Shown in pieces: positions 1-9,559 of a stretch of 64,000 bases of DNA. The DNA is from Spirochaetales bacterium (lineage in GTDB: Bacteria > Spirochaetota > Spirochaetia > JABEVK01): positions 49,939 through 113,938 of the forward strand of contig CANJXC010000007.1 of the NCBI GenBank assembly GCA_947478845.1. The letters are read 5' to 3'. Every line of letters starts with the position of its first letter. The stretch's first letter is position 1. A program made the position numbers and the translations under genes. The notes under the pieces were generated by a model. It did not search any database, was not told where the DNA came from, and was given only the letters and a program-made list of their open reading frames with translations.

Positions 1-1157
1 TTCTGTTTTTCGGAGTTGGAACCATTATCTACGGCAGGTTGTCGGACCTCTTCAGCATCCGCCGCCTCCTTGGTTTCGGAGTGATACTCTACGCTGTGGG
101 CTCGGCCTTTGGGTTTGCCTTTCAGGGAAATTACGCCACCGTGCTCGTGGGGCGGGCCCTACAGGGAGCCGGTGGCTCGGCCCTTCCCGCGCTGGTGATG
201 GTGATTGTGGCACGCTACTTTGCCCCCGAGGTGCGAGGGCAGCTCTTTGGGTCTATTGGTTCGGTGATTTCGTTTGCGGCGGGCATAGGGCCGGTGATCG
301 GCGGCTTTGTTACCTCGCAAATGCATTGGGGCTGGCTGTTCCTGATTCCCCTGCTCACGCTGGTGGCGTTTCCGTTCTTGATGAAGGTATTGCCCCAGGA
401 AGCTACCAAGCCAGGTAAGCTGGACTTTGTCGGTGCAGGGGTTTTGACCTTGGGCCTGACGGCTATCATTTTGTGGCTCACCTACCCCGACTGGTATTGG
501 CTGGTTGCGGGCTTGGTGCTACTCGCTGGCTTTGTGGCCCGCATCCTCACCGCTCGTGAACCCTTCATCGACCCAAAACTTTTTTCAATACGCCCCTTCC
601 GCGCCGGGGTAATTACCACCTTTGTGCTCTTTGGAGCCTTCATCGGCTTGAACTTTCTGTTGCCGCTGATGCTGCACCGAGTCAACGGACTCGACTCACA
701 AGGGATTGGGCTGGTTCTGTTCCCTGGGGCCATTTGTGGAGTGTTTTTTGGCCCCTTCAGCGGGCGCATGGCCGATAGGGTAGGCAACCACCGGGTGATG
801 GTGATCGGTATTGCGTTGTTGGGAACCAGCCTGCTGCTCAGCCCGCTGGTGTTGGGCTACCCCGTGTGGGTGCTCTCGGCCCTGCTCGTGTTTCTGTTCA
901 CCGGGCTGACGTTTTTTAACACCGGCGTGATCAATGGCGTTTCCAACACACTCCCTGAAACCGAGACCGGCGTGGGAATGGGCGTATTCAACCTAGCGGG
1001 CTTTTTGGCAGGCGCCGTGGGTGGAGCCATAGTGGGCCGCGTGCTCGACGCCAAAGCCCTTTCCGACGGTGGCATTTTGCTGGTGGTAGGAATTATCGTT
1101 ACCGCCATCGGCTTGTGGTACATCATCGCGGTTAGGAAACGACCGGTGGCGGTGTAG
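1..1157 (+). CDS. MFS transporter (5' partial; the reading frame is open to the window edge)
   Basis: Multiple hydrophobic segments. The N-terminal MFS motif 'GRLSD' is read in frame from position 3. The ORF continues upstream of position 1 with no stop. Confidence 0.8.
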   Translation, partial: LFFGVGTIIYGRLSDLFSIRRLLGFGVILYAVGSAFGFAFQGNYATVLVGRALQGAGGSALPALVMVIVARYFAPEVRGQLFGSIGSVISFAAGIGPVIGGFVTSQMHWGWLFLIPLLTLVAFPFLMKVLPQEATKPGKLDFVGAGVLTLGLTAIILWLTYPDWYWLVAGLVLLAGFVARILTAREPFIDPKLFSIRPFRAGVITTFVLFGAFIGLNFLLPLMLHRVNGLDSQGIGLVLFPGAICGVFFGPFSGRMADRVGNHRVMVIGIALLGTSLLLSPLVLGYPVWVLSALLVFLFTGLTFFNTGVINGVSNTLPETETGVGMGVFNLAGFLAGAVGGAIVGRVLDAKALSDGGILLVVGIIVTAIGLWYIIAVRKRPVAV

Positions 1158-1177
1158 TTCAGGGCCGGGGCAGGTGT

Positions 1178-1199
1178 TTTGCGGGGTGGGCCCCGCAAA
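1178..1199. terminator. GC-rich 9-bp hairpin between convergent genes (putative bidirectional terminator; no clean U-tract)
   Basis: TTTGCGGGG-tggg-CCCCGCAAA perfect inverted repeat between the MFS stop (1157) and the ABC-F stop (1259). Confidence 0.3.
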
Positions 1200-1258
1200 G
1201 GTTCCATTCCCAGGACCTCACGTAAACCTGGCACCCACGCTTTTCCAGGAAACTCCCG

Positions 1259-2869
1259 CTACCCCTTGGTTGCTAAATACTCTTCGTAGGGGCCCTCGTA
1301 AACCCGCAAGGTACCATGGTCGATTTCAAACACGCGGTTGGCTAGGTGCTTCAAAAAGTACCTGTCGTGGCTGACGATCATCACGGTGCCCTCAAACTGT
1401 TGCAGGGCCTCGAGAAGTACTTCGCGGCTGGCGATATCGAGGTGGTTGGTGGGCTCGTCGAGCACTAGAAAGTTCACGGGGCTGGCCAACAGGCAGGCCA
1501 ACATCACGCGGCTCTTTTCGCCACCTGAGAGTACGCTGATGCGCTTGTCGGCATCCTCACCGCTGAATTGGAAGGCCCCTAGCAGGTTTTTGATGCTACC
1601 AACCGATTCCCGCGGCAAGCGGTCCTGAAGTTCCTCCAGAATGGTGCGGTCGTTGTGGAGAAGGTCTCCGGAGTACTGGCTGAAATACCCCAATTGCACA
1701 CTAGCTCCCACCACCGAGGTGCCTGAGGAGGGGTCGGTTTGCCCGGTGATCACCTTGAGCAGGGTAGATTTTCCTGCCCCATTCACCCCGGTGACGGCGA
1801 TTTTGTTGGTACGCACCACGGTTCCGTCGAGGCCGCTGAAAACGCTTTGGCGGGCGCCGTTGGAAAGCTGCCACGCCTTGGAGAGGCCCTTGAAATCCAC
1901 CACGACGTCCCCCGAGCGCTTCAAGGCGCCAAACTGCACCTTCATCACCTTGGTTTCGCGGGGGATTTCGATGCGCTCAATTTTCTCGATGGCCTTCACC
2001 CGGCTTTGCACCTGCGCGGCATGGCTGGCTCGGGCCGCAAACCGGGCGATGAACTCCTCTTCTTTGGCCAGCATGGCCTCCTGCCGCGCTTTGGCAGCGA
2101 TGAGGTTGTCGCGCCGGATTTCCCGCTCGCGCAGGTAAAAGTCGTAGTCGCCGGAATAGGTGGTGATGGTTTGGTTGGCCACCTCCACAGTTCGTTTGCA
2201 AATGCGGGTCATGAACTCCCGGTCGTGGCTCGTCATCACCAGGGCGCCGGGAAACTCCTTGAGCCACGCTTCCAGCCAGACAATGGTTTCAAGGTCGAGG
2301 TGGTTGGTGGGTTCGTCGATGAGCAAGGCATCCGGGTTGAGAAGCAAGATACGGGCCAGAGCCACCCGCATTTTCCAGCCACCGCTCAGGGTCTCGATGG
2401 GTTCATGCCAACGGGCGCTGCTGATGCCCAAGCCCTCAAGAATGGTCTCGGCCCGGTTTTCCAGATCGTAGCCGTCCCGGGTCATGAACTCGTGCTGCAA
2501 CTCTCCGTAGAGATCCATTTCTTTGTCAGACAATGGATTGCTCGTATCGCCCATGCGATGTTCCAGCTCAGACAGCTGTTCGCCGATGGCGGCCACTTTG
2601 CCCGCACCGGCCAAAACTTCGGCCAGCACCGACCGACCGGCCATTTCCCCCACGTCTTGGCTGAAATAGCCCACCACCACCTTGGGGTCAAGGTTCACCT
2701 GTCCGGTATCGGGAGTCTCTTCCCCCGTGATGAGGCGGAAAATAGTGGTTTTACCCGCACCGTTGGGGCCCACCAAACCTATCTTGTCGCCGGGACGAAC
2801 GAGAAGATCGGCTTGCGTGAGCAGGACGCGGCTGCCATAGGCGAGAGAAACTTGACTCAAGGTGATCAT
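1259..2869 (-). CDS. ABC-F family ATPase (two tandem ABC domains, no transmembrane domain; translation-factor or resistance type)
   Basis: Two Walker A motifs (GPNGAGKTT, GVNGAGKST). Two LSGG signatures. Start placed at MITLSQVSLAYG, which matches typical ABC-F N-termini. Confidence 0.85.
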   Translation of the reverse strand: MITLSQVSLAYGSRVLLTQADLLVRPGDKIGLVGPNGAGKTTIFRLITGEETPDTGQVNLDPKVVVGYFSQDVGEMAGRSVLAEVLAGAGKVAAIGEQLSELEHRMGDTSNPLSDKEMDLYGELQHEFMTRDGYDLENRAETILEGLGISSARWHEPIETLSGGWKMRVALARILLLNPDALLIDEPTNHLDLETIVWLEAWLKEFPGALVMTSHDREFMTRICKRTVEVANQTITTYSGDYDFYLREREIRRDNLIAAKARQEAMLAKEEEFIARFAARASHAAQVQSRVKAIEKIERIEIPRETKVMKVQFGALKRSGDVVVDFKGLSKAWQLSNGARQSVFSGLDGTVVRTNKIAVTGVNGAGKSTLLKVITGQTDPSSGTSVVGASVQLGYFSQYSGDLLHNDRTILEELQDRLPRESVGSIKNLLGAFQFSGEDADKRISVLSGGEKSRVMLACLLASPVNFLVLDEPTNHLDIASREVLLEALQQFEGTVMIVSHDRYFLKHLANRVFEIDHGTLRVYEGPYEEYLATKG

Positions 2870-3089
2870 GGGCCGGGATTGTATCGGAAAGCACCGATGG
2901 ACGACAATGGCACCCATGAATGCCCTGTTCAGTGCTTGGGTCAACTTACGCAACTCGCTCGACTGGTGGCTCAGAAACTCGTTGACTTGGTCTCCCAGCG
3001 CTAGGGAACAGGCCGAAGAAAAAGGCGAAGCTGATGCCCGCGAAACTCACTTTATAGCCAACTATTTTTTGTTCTCCGCCCGTCAGCGT

Positions 3090-3710
3090 ATGACCAACTC
3101 ACGTTGGCAACGTAATTTGGCCGTGCTTGAGCGCTTGGAATCGGCCTCCCGTTCGCCAGCATTGGACAAGCTCTTGCGGCAGACCGGCCCCCTGAGAATC
3201 CTCGACATTGGCAGCAAGAACTTCGACTATGTGGATGCTTTAGCCGGCTTTTTTTCCCGTTGCCTCTCCCACAGGGACGTGCAGATCACAGGTCTGGAAA
3301 TTGACGCCCATCGCCGCTACACCGATTTACGCACGCGCCGTGCCTGGGCTGAGCACTACGTTTCGTTTGTGCCTTCGGCCCGCTACTTTGCTGCTGACCT
3401 GCTCAATCATACCGAAACCTACCATGCGATCACATGGTTCTTTCCCTTCTTGACGGAGTTTCCTTTGCTCAAGTGGGGCCTACCGTTGTCGTTGTTTCAG
3501 CCGGCCACGCTACTGGCCCACGCTTGGAGTTTGCTCTTGCCCGGAGGTGTGCTCATTCTGGTCAACCAAACCGACGCTGAGCTCGAAACCCAGTGCAAAC
3601 TTCTCGCGGAACTCGGAGCGCCGTTTGATCCAAGGCAAGGGCGGGTAACGGTTGCCTACAAAACTTCGGCTTTCATCTCATCGAATGAGAGGTTGACAAG
3701 GAATGGATAA
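3090..3710 (+). CDS. Hypothetical protein, possibly a degenerate class I SAM methyltransferase-like fold
   Basis: LRILDIGSKNF resembles MTase motif I and GGVLILV resembles post I. The start is uncertain; the ORF is open from 2862, overlapping the ABC-F start region. Confidence 0.3.
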   Translation: MTNSRWQRNLAVLERLESASRSPALDKLLRQTGPLRILDIGSKNFDYVDALAGFFSRCLSHRDVQITGLEIDAHRRYTDLRTRRAWAEHYVSFVPSARYFAADLLNHTETYHAITWFFPFLTEFPLLKWGLPLSLFQPATLLAHAWSLLLPGGVLILVNQTDAELETQCKLLAELGAPFDPRQGRVTVAYKTSAFISSNERLTRNG

Positions 3711-3801
3711 AGAACGTACTGGTCCACGGCTATTTAACCTGCTATTTATAGGAGTACGCTCACTGTGAGGCACGAGGAAGTTTAATAGAGGGAGAATCAC
3801 C

Positions 3802-4671
3802 ATGAAGTTTGGAATCTACTACGCGTATTGGGAGCAAGAATGGGTCGGCGACTTCAAGTATTACATCGAAAAGGCGGCCAAACTCGGCTTCGATATCCTT
3901 GAAATCGCAGCCCATCAAATCACAACCTACTCCGACAAGCAGATCGAAGAGATCCGTTCCGCGGCCAAGGCCAATAATGTCCTTCTAACGGCCGGAATCG
4001 GACCTACCGCCGACAAGAACCTCTCTTCAGCCGATCCCGCCATCCGCGAACGGGGCAAGAAGTTCTTCACAGAAACCCTGACCCAGATAGCCCGTCTCGA
4101 GGTGAGGGCCATTGGCGGCGCCCTCCATTCCTATTGGCCGGCAGACTACACTAAACCCGTCGACAAGATGGGTGACTGGCAGCGGGGTGCCGATGGGGTC
4201 AGGGAAATCTCAAAGTTCGCCGAAGAACTCGGAATCACGCTGAATATCGAGGTGCTCAACCGGTTTGAGAACTTCGTGCTCAATACCGCTGAAGAAGGTG
4301 TCGCCTTCGTAAGGCAGGTGGGTCGACCCAACGTTAAGGTCATGCTCGATACCTTTCATATGAACATTGAAGAAGACTCCATCGGCGGTGCGATACGTAC
4401 GGCCGGCCCGCTCTTGGGTCACCTCCACACGGGAGAGTGCAACCGCCGCGTCCCGGGTCAGGGCCGCATGCCGTGGCGCGAAATTGGAGAAGCACTGCGC
4501 GGCATCGGCTATCAGGGAAACGTCGTCATGGAACCCTTTGTTCGCTCAGGAGGGTCAGTCGGCAACGATATCCGAGTATGGCGCGACCTGAGCAACAAGG
4601 CCAGCGAGCAGAAACTAGACCGCGACGCGATGGAAAGTCTGCGGTTCTCCCGGTTCATGCTCGAAGGTTGA
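3802..4671 (+). CDS. Ketose 3-epimerase of the D-psicose (D-allulose)/D-tagatose 3-epimerase family (xylose-isomerase-like TIM barrel)
   Basis: Near-colinear similarity to Agrobacterium D-psicose 3-epimerase as I recall it (MKxGIYYxYWExEW, IEVLNRFE, MLDTFHMNIEED, GHLHTGExNRRVPGxGRMPW, MEPFV). All four metal-binding residues (Glu/Asp/His/Glu) are present. RBS GGAGAA upstream. Confidence 0.85.
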   Translation: MKFGIYYAYWEQEWVGDFKYYIEKAAKLGFDILEIAAHQITTYSDKQIEEIRSAAKANNVLLTAGIGPTADKNLSSADPAIRERGKKFFTETLTQIARLEVRAIGGALHSYWPADYTKPVDKMGDWQRGADGVREISKFAEELGITLNIEVLNRFENFVLNTAEEGVAFVRQVGRPNVKVMLDTFHMNIEEDSIGGAIRTAGPLLGHLHTGECNRRVPGQGRMPWREIGEALRGIGYQGNVVMEPFVRSGGSVGNDIRVWRDLSNKASEQKLDRDAMESLRFSRFMLEG

Positions 4672-5755
4672 TCCCGAAAGAGGAAGACTTGCGAACCCTG
4701 AGCTCCGCGGCAATGGTGAGGTTACGGGCCGGAAGCTCCGGATTGTCGACCCGCGAGAGCATGGCGCTCAGCGCTACTTCTCCGATTTCCCTGCAGGGTT
4801 GATGCATGGTCGTAAGGGGTACATGGGCCAGGCGAGCATATTTGAGGTCGTCAAAACCCGCTACCCGCACCTCTTCGGGAACCTTGAGTCCGAGCCCTTC
4901 CAGAGTGCTGATGAGGGTGACTGCGGTTTCGTCGTTGATACAAATAATGTCGTGGGCCCCGTTCTTGATCATTCGGGCTACAAACTCAACGTCGTGAGGC
5001 TTTCCCTGGTGTTCAAAGGCGCGACTGGGCTCGATTCCGGCCCGTTGGAGGGCCTCCCGATAACCGATCAGCCGCAGAGCATACGTGCCAGCCGTGTTGG
5101 GACGCCATAGAAAATCAACCCTCCGGGGCTGGTTTTCTAGGAAGTGATTGCAGAGAACCAACCCCGCCTGAACGTTGTCGATTCCAACCAAGTCGTGGGT
5201 GCTGCGCTCGGGGTAGGCCAGATAGTCGCTGTCCAGCAGGACAAGGGGAACACCGGCTCTCTCAAACATCGAAGCAATTCTCAGGTTTTTGTTCGACAAA
5301 CCTGGCTCCCGCTCAACCGGCTGCAGAAACACCCCGTCTACACCGCCCTCAATAAATCTCTGCGCGGTCTGGTAGAGGCGCTCTTCGGTGGTTTCGTCAA
5401 ACTCGCTCGGTATACTGCCCCATATGAGCGAGAAGTCGTACTCATGCGATAATTCAGCGATCCGGGTGCAGATGGGCTCAAAAATCTCGCCCCGGCCAAG
5501 CCCAGGCACAAAAAGGCCAAAAGTGCGCTGTTTGCCGCTCTTTTGGCTCCCAGGTGCCGTCAGATAAGTTCCCGAACCCACGATGCGCTCAATGAGGCCC
5601 ATGTCGCGCAGTTGGTCGAGAACCCGGCTGACGGTAGGACGGGAAACTCCGAATTGCTGCGAAAGTTCCCGTTCTGTGGGTAGTTTTTCGCCGAGCTTCC
5701 AAATACCCTGTTCCACCCGGCCCAAAAGTTCAGCAAAAATATCCTTGCTCTTCAT
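4655..5755 (-). CDS. AraR-type transcriptional regulator (GntR-family winged HTH fused to a LacI/GalR-like sugar-binding domain)
   Basis: N-terminal PTERELSQQFGVSRPTVSRVLDQLRDMGLI is GntR HTH-like. The C-terminus has a periplasmic-binding-protein fold (LacI-like). Start at MKSKDIF with a GGAGAG RBS. The 3' end overlaps the epimerase gene by 17 nt, convergently. Confidence 0.8.
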   Translation of the reverse strand: MKSKDIFAELLGRVEQGIWKLGEKLPTERELSQQFGVSRPTVSRVLDQLRDMGLIERIVGSGTYLTAPGSQKSGKQRTFGLFVPGLGRGEIFEPICTRIAELSHEYDFSLIWGSIPSEFDETTEERLYQTAQRFIEGGVDGVFLQPVEREPGLSNKNLRIASMFERAGVPLVLLDSDYLAYPERSTHDLVGIDNVQAGLVLCNHFLENQPRRVDFLWRPNTAGTYALRLIGYREALQRAGIEPSRAFEHQGKPHDVEFVARMIKNGAHDIICINDETAVTLISTLEGLGLKVPEEVRVAGFDDLKYARLAHVPLTTMHQPCREIGEVALSAMLSRVDNPELPARNLTIAAELRVRKSSSFGINLRA

Positions 5756-5778
5756 TCTCTCCCCCCAATTGGCAATGC

Positions 5779-5799
5779 AACTTACCAAAATGGTAAGTT
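5779..5799. promoter_or_regulatory. Operator-like perfect palindrome in the divergent regulator/ABC promoter region, plus repeated TACCAA/TTGGTA half-sites
   Basis: AACTTACCA-aaa-TGGTAAGTT is a 9-bp inverted repeat. Further CCAATTGG and CCAAAATTGGTA repeats lie at 5766-5780 and 5829-5845. A TTGACA -35-like box at 5841 sits upstream of the binding-protein gene. Confidence 0.35.
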
Positions 5800-5899
5800 T
5801 TTTACAAGCGAATAAGTTAACCAAAATTCCAAAATTGGTATTGACAGATTGTGATATTGGCCTGAACATCTGCTATACCAATTCGCCCAGGAGGCAAAT

Positions 5900-6916
5900 A
5901 TGTTTTCAAGAATGATGTCGCGTATCGCGCGGCTCACCGTTCTGTCTGTGTTGGTTTGTGGTCTCGTCGCGGCACCTTCGCTTTCTGCCCAGTCGATTCC
6001 CAAGGCAAAGATCAAGCAATTCAGCGTGATCTTTGTACCCAAACTCGTCGGAGTCCCGTGGTTCAATTCCATGACCAAGGGCTTTGAAGATTACTCCAAG
6101 GGGAGCAACATCAAGTACACCGTGAGCGGAGCGGCCAATACCGACCCCGCGGCTCAGGCCCGTTTGATTGAAGACGCCATCGCCAAGAAGCCCGATTGTA
6201 TTCTCGTGGTTCCCAACGATACTGCAGTCATCGAGCCTGCCATGAAGAAAGGCATGGCCGCCGGCATCCTCATGCTGACTTCGGAAGCATCGACCATCGT
6301 CAATGCCTATGCCGACATTGAGTTCTTCATTCTTGCCAAAGAAGGCAAAGACATGGCGGACATTTTTGTCAAGCACGCCGGAACCAAGGGTGGCTACGCC
6401 GTAATGGTCGGTGGTTTGACCAACCAGGGTCACAACGCCCGAGCCGATGCGGCTGTCGAATACCTGGCTAAGAACTACCCCGACCTGAAGCAGGTTACCA
6501 CCCGTTTGGAAGGTTCGGAAAACGTTCAGGAAGCCCATGACAAGACCCTGCAACTGATCACTGCTTACCCCGAATTGGTGGGTGTGCTGTATGTCGGTTC
6601 TGCCGGTCCTATCGGCGGCGCCCAGGCTGTTACCGAGAAGGGTGTGCAGAAGAGGGTGGCTATCGTCGGTTCTGCTGTTCCGAGCCAGGCCAAAAAGTAC
6701 CTTTTGGATGGCAGCCTCAAGGCCAGCTACATCGGCAACCCCTACCTGATCGGTAAGGACTCCGCCTACATCATCGAGCGCATGCTTTCCGGCGTGAAGC
6801 TGGAAGACGTCGGCAACCTGCCCCAGTTTGGTGCGCAGACGGTGAGCGGTCGTGTGATCACGTTCCACGCTGACGCCGAAGTTTCGGCCGCCAACGCGGA
6901 CTCGTTCGGGTTCTAG
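5900..6916 (+). CDS. Sugar ABC transporter periplasmic substrate-binding protein (ribose/allose RbsB/AlsB type)
   Basis: Signal peptide with SPase I site SLSA/QS. Type I periplasmic-binding-protein fold. RBS AGGAGG. Confidence 0.85.
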   Translation: MFSRMMSRIARLTVLSVLVCGLVAAPSLSAQSIPKAKIKQFSVIFVPKLVGVPWFNSMTKGFEDYSKGSNIKYTVSGAANTDPAAQARLIEDAIAKKPDCILVVPNDTAVIEPAMKKGMAAGILMLTSEASTIVNAYADIEFFILAKEGKDMADIFVKHAGTKGGYAVMVGGLTNQGHNARADAAVEYLAKNYPDLKQVTTRLEGSENVQEAHDKTLQLITAYPELVGVLYVGSAGPIGGAQAVTEKGVQKRVAIVGSAVPSQAKKYLLDGSLKASYIGNPYLIGKDSAYIIERMLSGVKLEDVGNLPQFGAQTVSGRVITFHADAEVSAANADSFGF

Positions 6917-6925
6917 TTTACTTCG

Positions 6926-6972
6926 GACGCCGGTAGGTGTGTACCGGCGTCTGTCTTGTTGTCGGTTTTTTC
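6926..6972 (+). terminator. Intrinsic terminator/attenuator directly after the binding-protein gene
   Basis: GACGCCGGTA-ggtgtg-TACCGGCGTC 10-bp stem followed by a U-rich tract (TGTCTTGTTGTCGGTTTTTT). Confidence 0.55.
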
Positions 6973-7015
6973 GTGTTCTTAATCCCATCTTCATGTTCTT
7001 AGGAAACCATCCACC

Positions 7016-8506
7016 ATGTCTGACTTCATCGCTATGCGTCATGTTACCAAGAATTACGCCGGCGTGCAGGCGCTCAAAGACATCGATTTTCAGCTAAAAC
7101 GGGGAGAAATACACTGTTTATGCGGTGAAAATGGTTCCGGAAAGTCCACGCTTATCAAAATCCTCTCTGGTGTTGTGAAGCCCGACGAGGGCAGTGAAAT
7201 CACCATAGACGGCCGTGTGTTTCCTCACCTGAGTGCTCATGAGGCCCTCGAACAGGGAGTGCGTGTCATTTACCAAGACTTGGCCCTGTTTCCCAATTTG
7301 ACTGTCAAAGAGAATATCGCATTCCAGTCATTTTCGGAAAAAGGCTCACCAATGGTGAGTTGGAACCAAGTGGAAAAGACAGCCCGGGGCGCAATGAGTT
7401 TGATTGGCCTCGACTTGGATCTTAACCGCCTGACCGGTACCTTGCCGATCGCACAACAGCAACTTGTCGAGATCACCCGTGCGCTCATCGGGGAGCCGAA
7501 GCTGTTGGTGCTCGACGAACCGACCGCTTCACTGACCCGCAAAGAGGTTAACGCGCTTTTTGAGGTGATCTTCCGACTAAAGTCCCGAGGTGTGACAACC
7601 ATGTTTGTCAGCCATAAGCTTAACGAAGTTTTCGAGATCGCCGAGCGTGTGACCGTGCTGCGGGATGGCGAGAGAATCGGTGAGTACGTCCCCTCTGAAA
7701 TTGACCACAAAAAATTGGTTTTTTTGATGACGGGCCGTAAGTACGAAAGCGCTCTTCCGTCACCAGTTGACCCCTTGGCCCCTAATCTCCTGGAGGTCAA
7801 GAATCTGACGCGAAACGGCGAGTTCACAGATCTTTCGTTCACCGTGAAGAAAGGGGAGATTGTGGGCATCACGGGACTTCTGGGCTCGGGACGCACTGAA
7901 TTGGCCTTGGCAATTTTTGGGATGACGGTGCCTGATTCGGGAAGCCTCCTCTTGGAAGGCAAAGCCATCAAACCCCGTTCCAACAGCGATGCCAAGAAAC
8001 TAGGAATCGGTTATGTTCCCGAGGACCGGTTGAGGCAGGGAGTGATTCAGGCCCAATCGATCCTCGATAATATGAGTCTCACCGTTCTCGAAAAACTCAA
8101 GACTACCCTAGGACTTTTGGACAAACAAAAGATGAAAACCGATGCGCAGACTTGGGTAAAAGACCTGCAAATCAAGATCCCTTCGCTCGATTCCTCGGTG
8201 AAGACGCTTTCGGGAGGAAACCAACAGAAGGTGGTACTTTCCAAGTGGTTGGCAACCAACCCCAAGCTCCTGATTCTCGACGAGCCTACCATCGGAATCG
8301 ATGTTTTGGCCAAGAACGGCGTCCACGATTTGGTAAAGAAATTGGCTACAAAAGGTATCGGCATTATCCTCATCTCCGACGAGATCCCTGAGGTACTGTC
8401 GAATTGCCATCGGGTGCTAGTGATGCAGAAAGGGCGGTTTGTTCATGAATTGGTGCCGGGTCCCGATGCCGAGCGAGATTTACTCGAGAACTTCAATCTT
8501 TCGTGA
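7016..8506 (+). CDS. Sugar ABC transporter ATP-binding protein (duplicated ABC domains, RbsA/AlsA type)
   Basis: GENGSGKST Walker A, LSGGNQQK signature and a second nucleotide-binding domain. 496 aa. Confidence 0.9.
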   Translation: MSDFIAMRHVTKNYAGVQALKDIDFQLKRGEIHCLCGENGSGKSTLIKILSGVVKPDEGSEITIDGRVFPHLSAHEALEQGVRVIYQDLALFPNLTVKENIAFQSFSEKGSPMVSWNQVEKTARGAMSLIGLDLDLNRLTGTLPIAQQQLVEITRALIGEPKLLVLDEPTASLTRKEVNALFEVIFRLKSRGVTTMFVSHKLNEVFEIAERVTVLRDGERIGEYVPSEIDHKKLVFLMTGRKYESALPSPVDPLAPNLLEVKNLTRNGEFTDLSFTVKKGEIVGITGLLGSGRTELALAIFGMTVPDSGSLLLEGKAIKPRSNSDAKKLGIGYVPEDRLRQGVIQAQSILDNMSLTVLEKLKTTLGLLDKQKMKTDAQTWVKDLQIKIPSLDSSVKTLSGGNQQKVVLSKWLATNPKLLILDEPTIGIDVLAKNGVHDLVKKLATKGIGIILISDEIPEVLSNCHRVLVMQKGRFVHELVPGPDAERDLLENFNLS

Positions 8507-8527
8507 GCAAACAGGGGTGGTAGCTGT

Positions 8528-9559
8528 ATGACAAACAAGAACCCCGGAGCCCAGCTTCGGTTGCAACGCTTCTTCGGACAAAATGAAACGATACTCCTCC
8601 TGGTGTTGCTCGCCATGGTGACGGCCATTACAGCGGTGAGTCCACGCTTCCTCGGGCCCGAAAACCTCTTCTCCATCCTCCTGAGTGCGTCGTACACAGG
8701 TATTTTCGCCATCGGCTTTTTGTTGGTCTTGGTTTCTGGCGGGCTGGATGTTTCCTTTACTGCGGTCGCTACGGTAGCTCAATATGCGATGGGAACCGTG
8801 CTTCTCGCCAATCCCGACATTTCACCTGCTTTGGCCCTGCTGATTCCACTTCTCGTTGGAATGGCCCTTGGCTCGCTCAATGCACTCTTGATCCACTACC
8901 TCAGTGCGCCACCTATCATCATCACCATTGCCAACCTGAACATCTTTTTTGGTCTGCTTCAATTCATCACAGGCGGCGAGTGGCTCAACGGCTTTCCTGA
9001 GTGGTTCGACCATTTTCCTCAAACCTATGTGCTTTCCTTTGAGAATGCAGATGGGGTTAAGTATGGGCTTTCCGTTATCGTGATGATTTGGCTCGCGGTG
9101 GCGGTGGTGGCCGGCGTTCTGATGCATTATTTCAAGGCTGGGCGCAAGTTGTACGCCATGGGCGGCAATCTCGAGGCTGCCCGACGAGCGGGAATCGATA
9201 TCCTTCGATACAGAATTTTTGCCTACGGTTTCTTGGGCTTCTGCGCCGGCCTTGGGGGAATGGTTCACACGCTCATCACCCAGACGGTGGTCCCCAATAC
9301 CTTGGTTGGACACGAGTTCGACGTCGTAGCCGCCGTTGTTCTTGGGGGAGCTAGCATTTTTGGTGGTTCAGGCACCGTGGTTGGAACCGTGCTCGGAGTT
9401 GGCCTGCTTGCGGTGCTGAGCAACGCTCTCACCATCATGAAGGTTCCTACTTACTGGCACGAGGTTTTTGTCGGTGCCATCGTCATCCTCAGCATAACTA
9501 TCACGACTCTTAGTGCCCTTGCCGCTCGCAATCGGGAGAAGAAATACCATGCTCAATAA
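8528..9559 (+). CDS. Sugar ABC transporter permease (RbsC/AlsC type)
   Basis: About 10 transmembrane segments. Branched-chain/ribose permease family features. Confidence 0.85.
   Translation: MTNKNPGAQLRLQRFFGQNETILLLVLLAMVTAITAVSPRFLGPENLFSILLSASYTGIFAIGFLLVLVSGGLDVSFTAVATVAQYAMGTVLLANPDISPALALLIPLLVGMALGSLNALLIHYLSAPPIIITIANLNIFFGLLQFITGGEWLNGFPEWFDHFPQTYVLSFENADGVKYGLSVIVMIWLAVAVVAGVLMHYFKAGRKLYAMGGNLEAARRAGIDILRYRIFAYGFLGFCAGLGGMVHTLITQTVVPNTLVGHEFDVVAAVVLGGASIFGGSGTVVGTVLGVGLLAVLSNALTIMKVPTYWHEVFVGAIVILSITITTLSALAARNREKKYHAQ

Noticed and set aside
1739-3004. Long antisense ORFs opposite confirmed genes (for example 1739-3004 + over the ABC-F gene, 5906-7042 - over the binding-protein gene, 22742-23197 and 23732-24265 + over ppk1, 54464-55198 - over the second binding-protein gene, 56846-57619 - over the large enzyme)
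   Set aside because: These are shadow ORFs typical of high-GC DNA. They have no recognisable motifs and no RBS, and the opposite strand encodes clearly homologous proteins.
2862-3089. Upstream extension of the hypothetical methyltransferase-like ORF overlapping the ABC-F start
   Set aside because: It would overlap the ABC-F coding start and promoter region. The internal Met at 3090 gives a normal N-terminal spacing to motif I. It remains uncertain.
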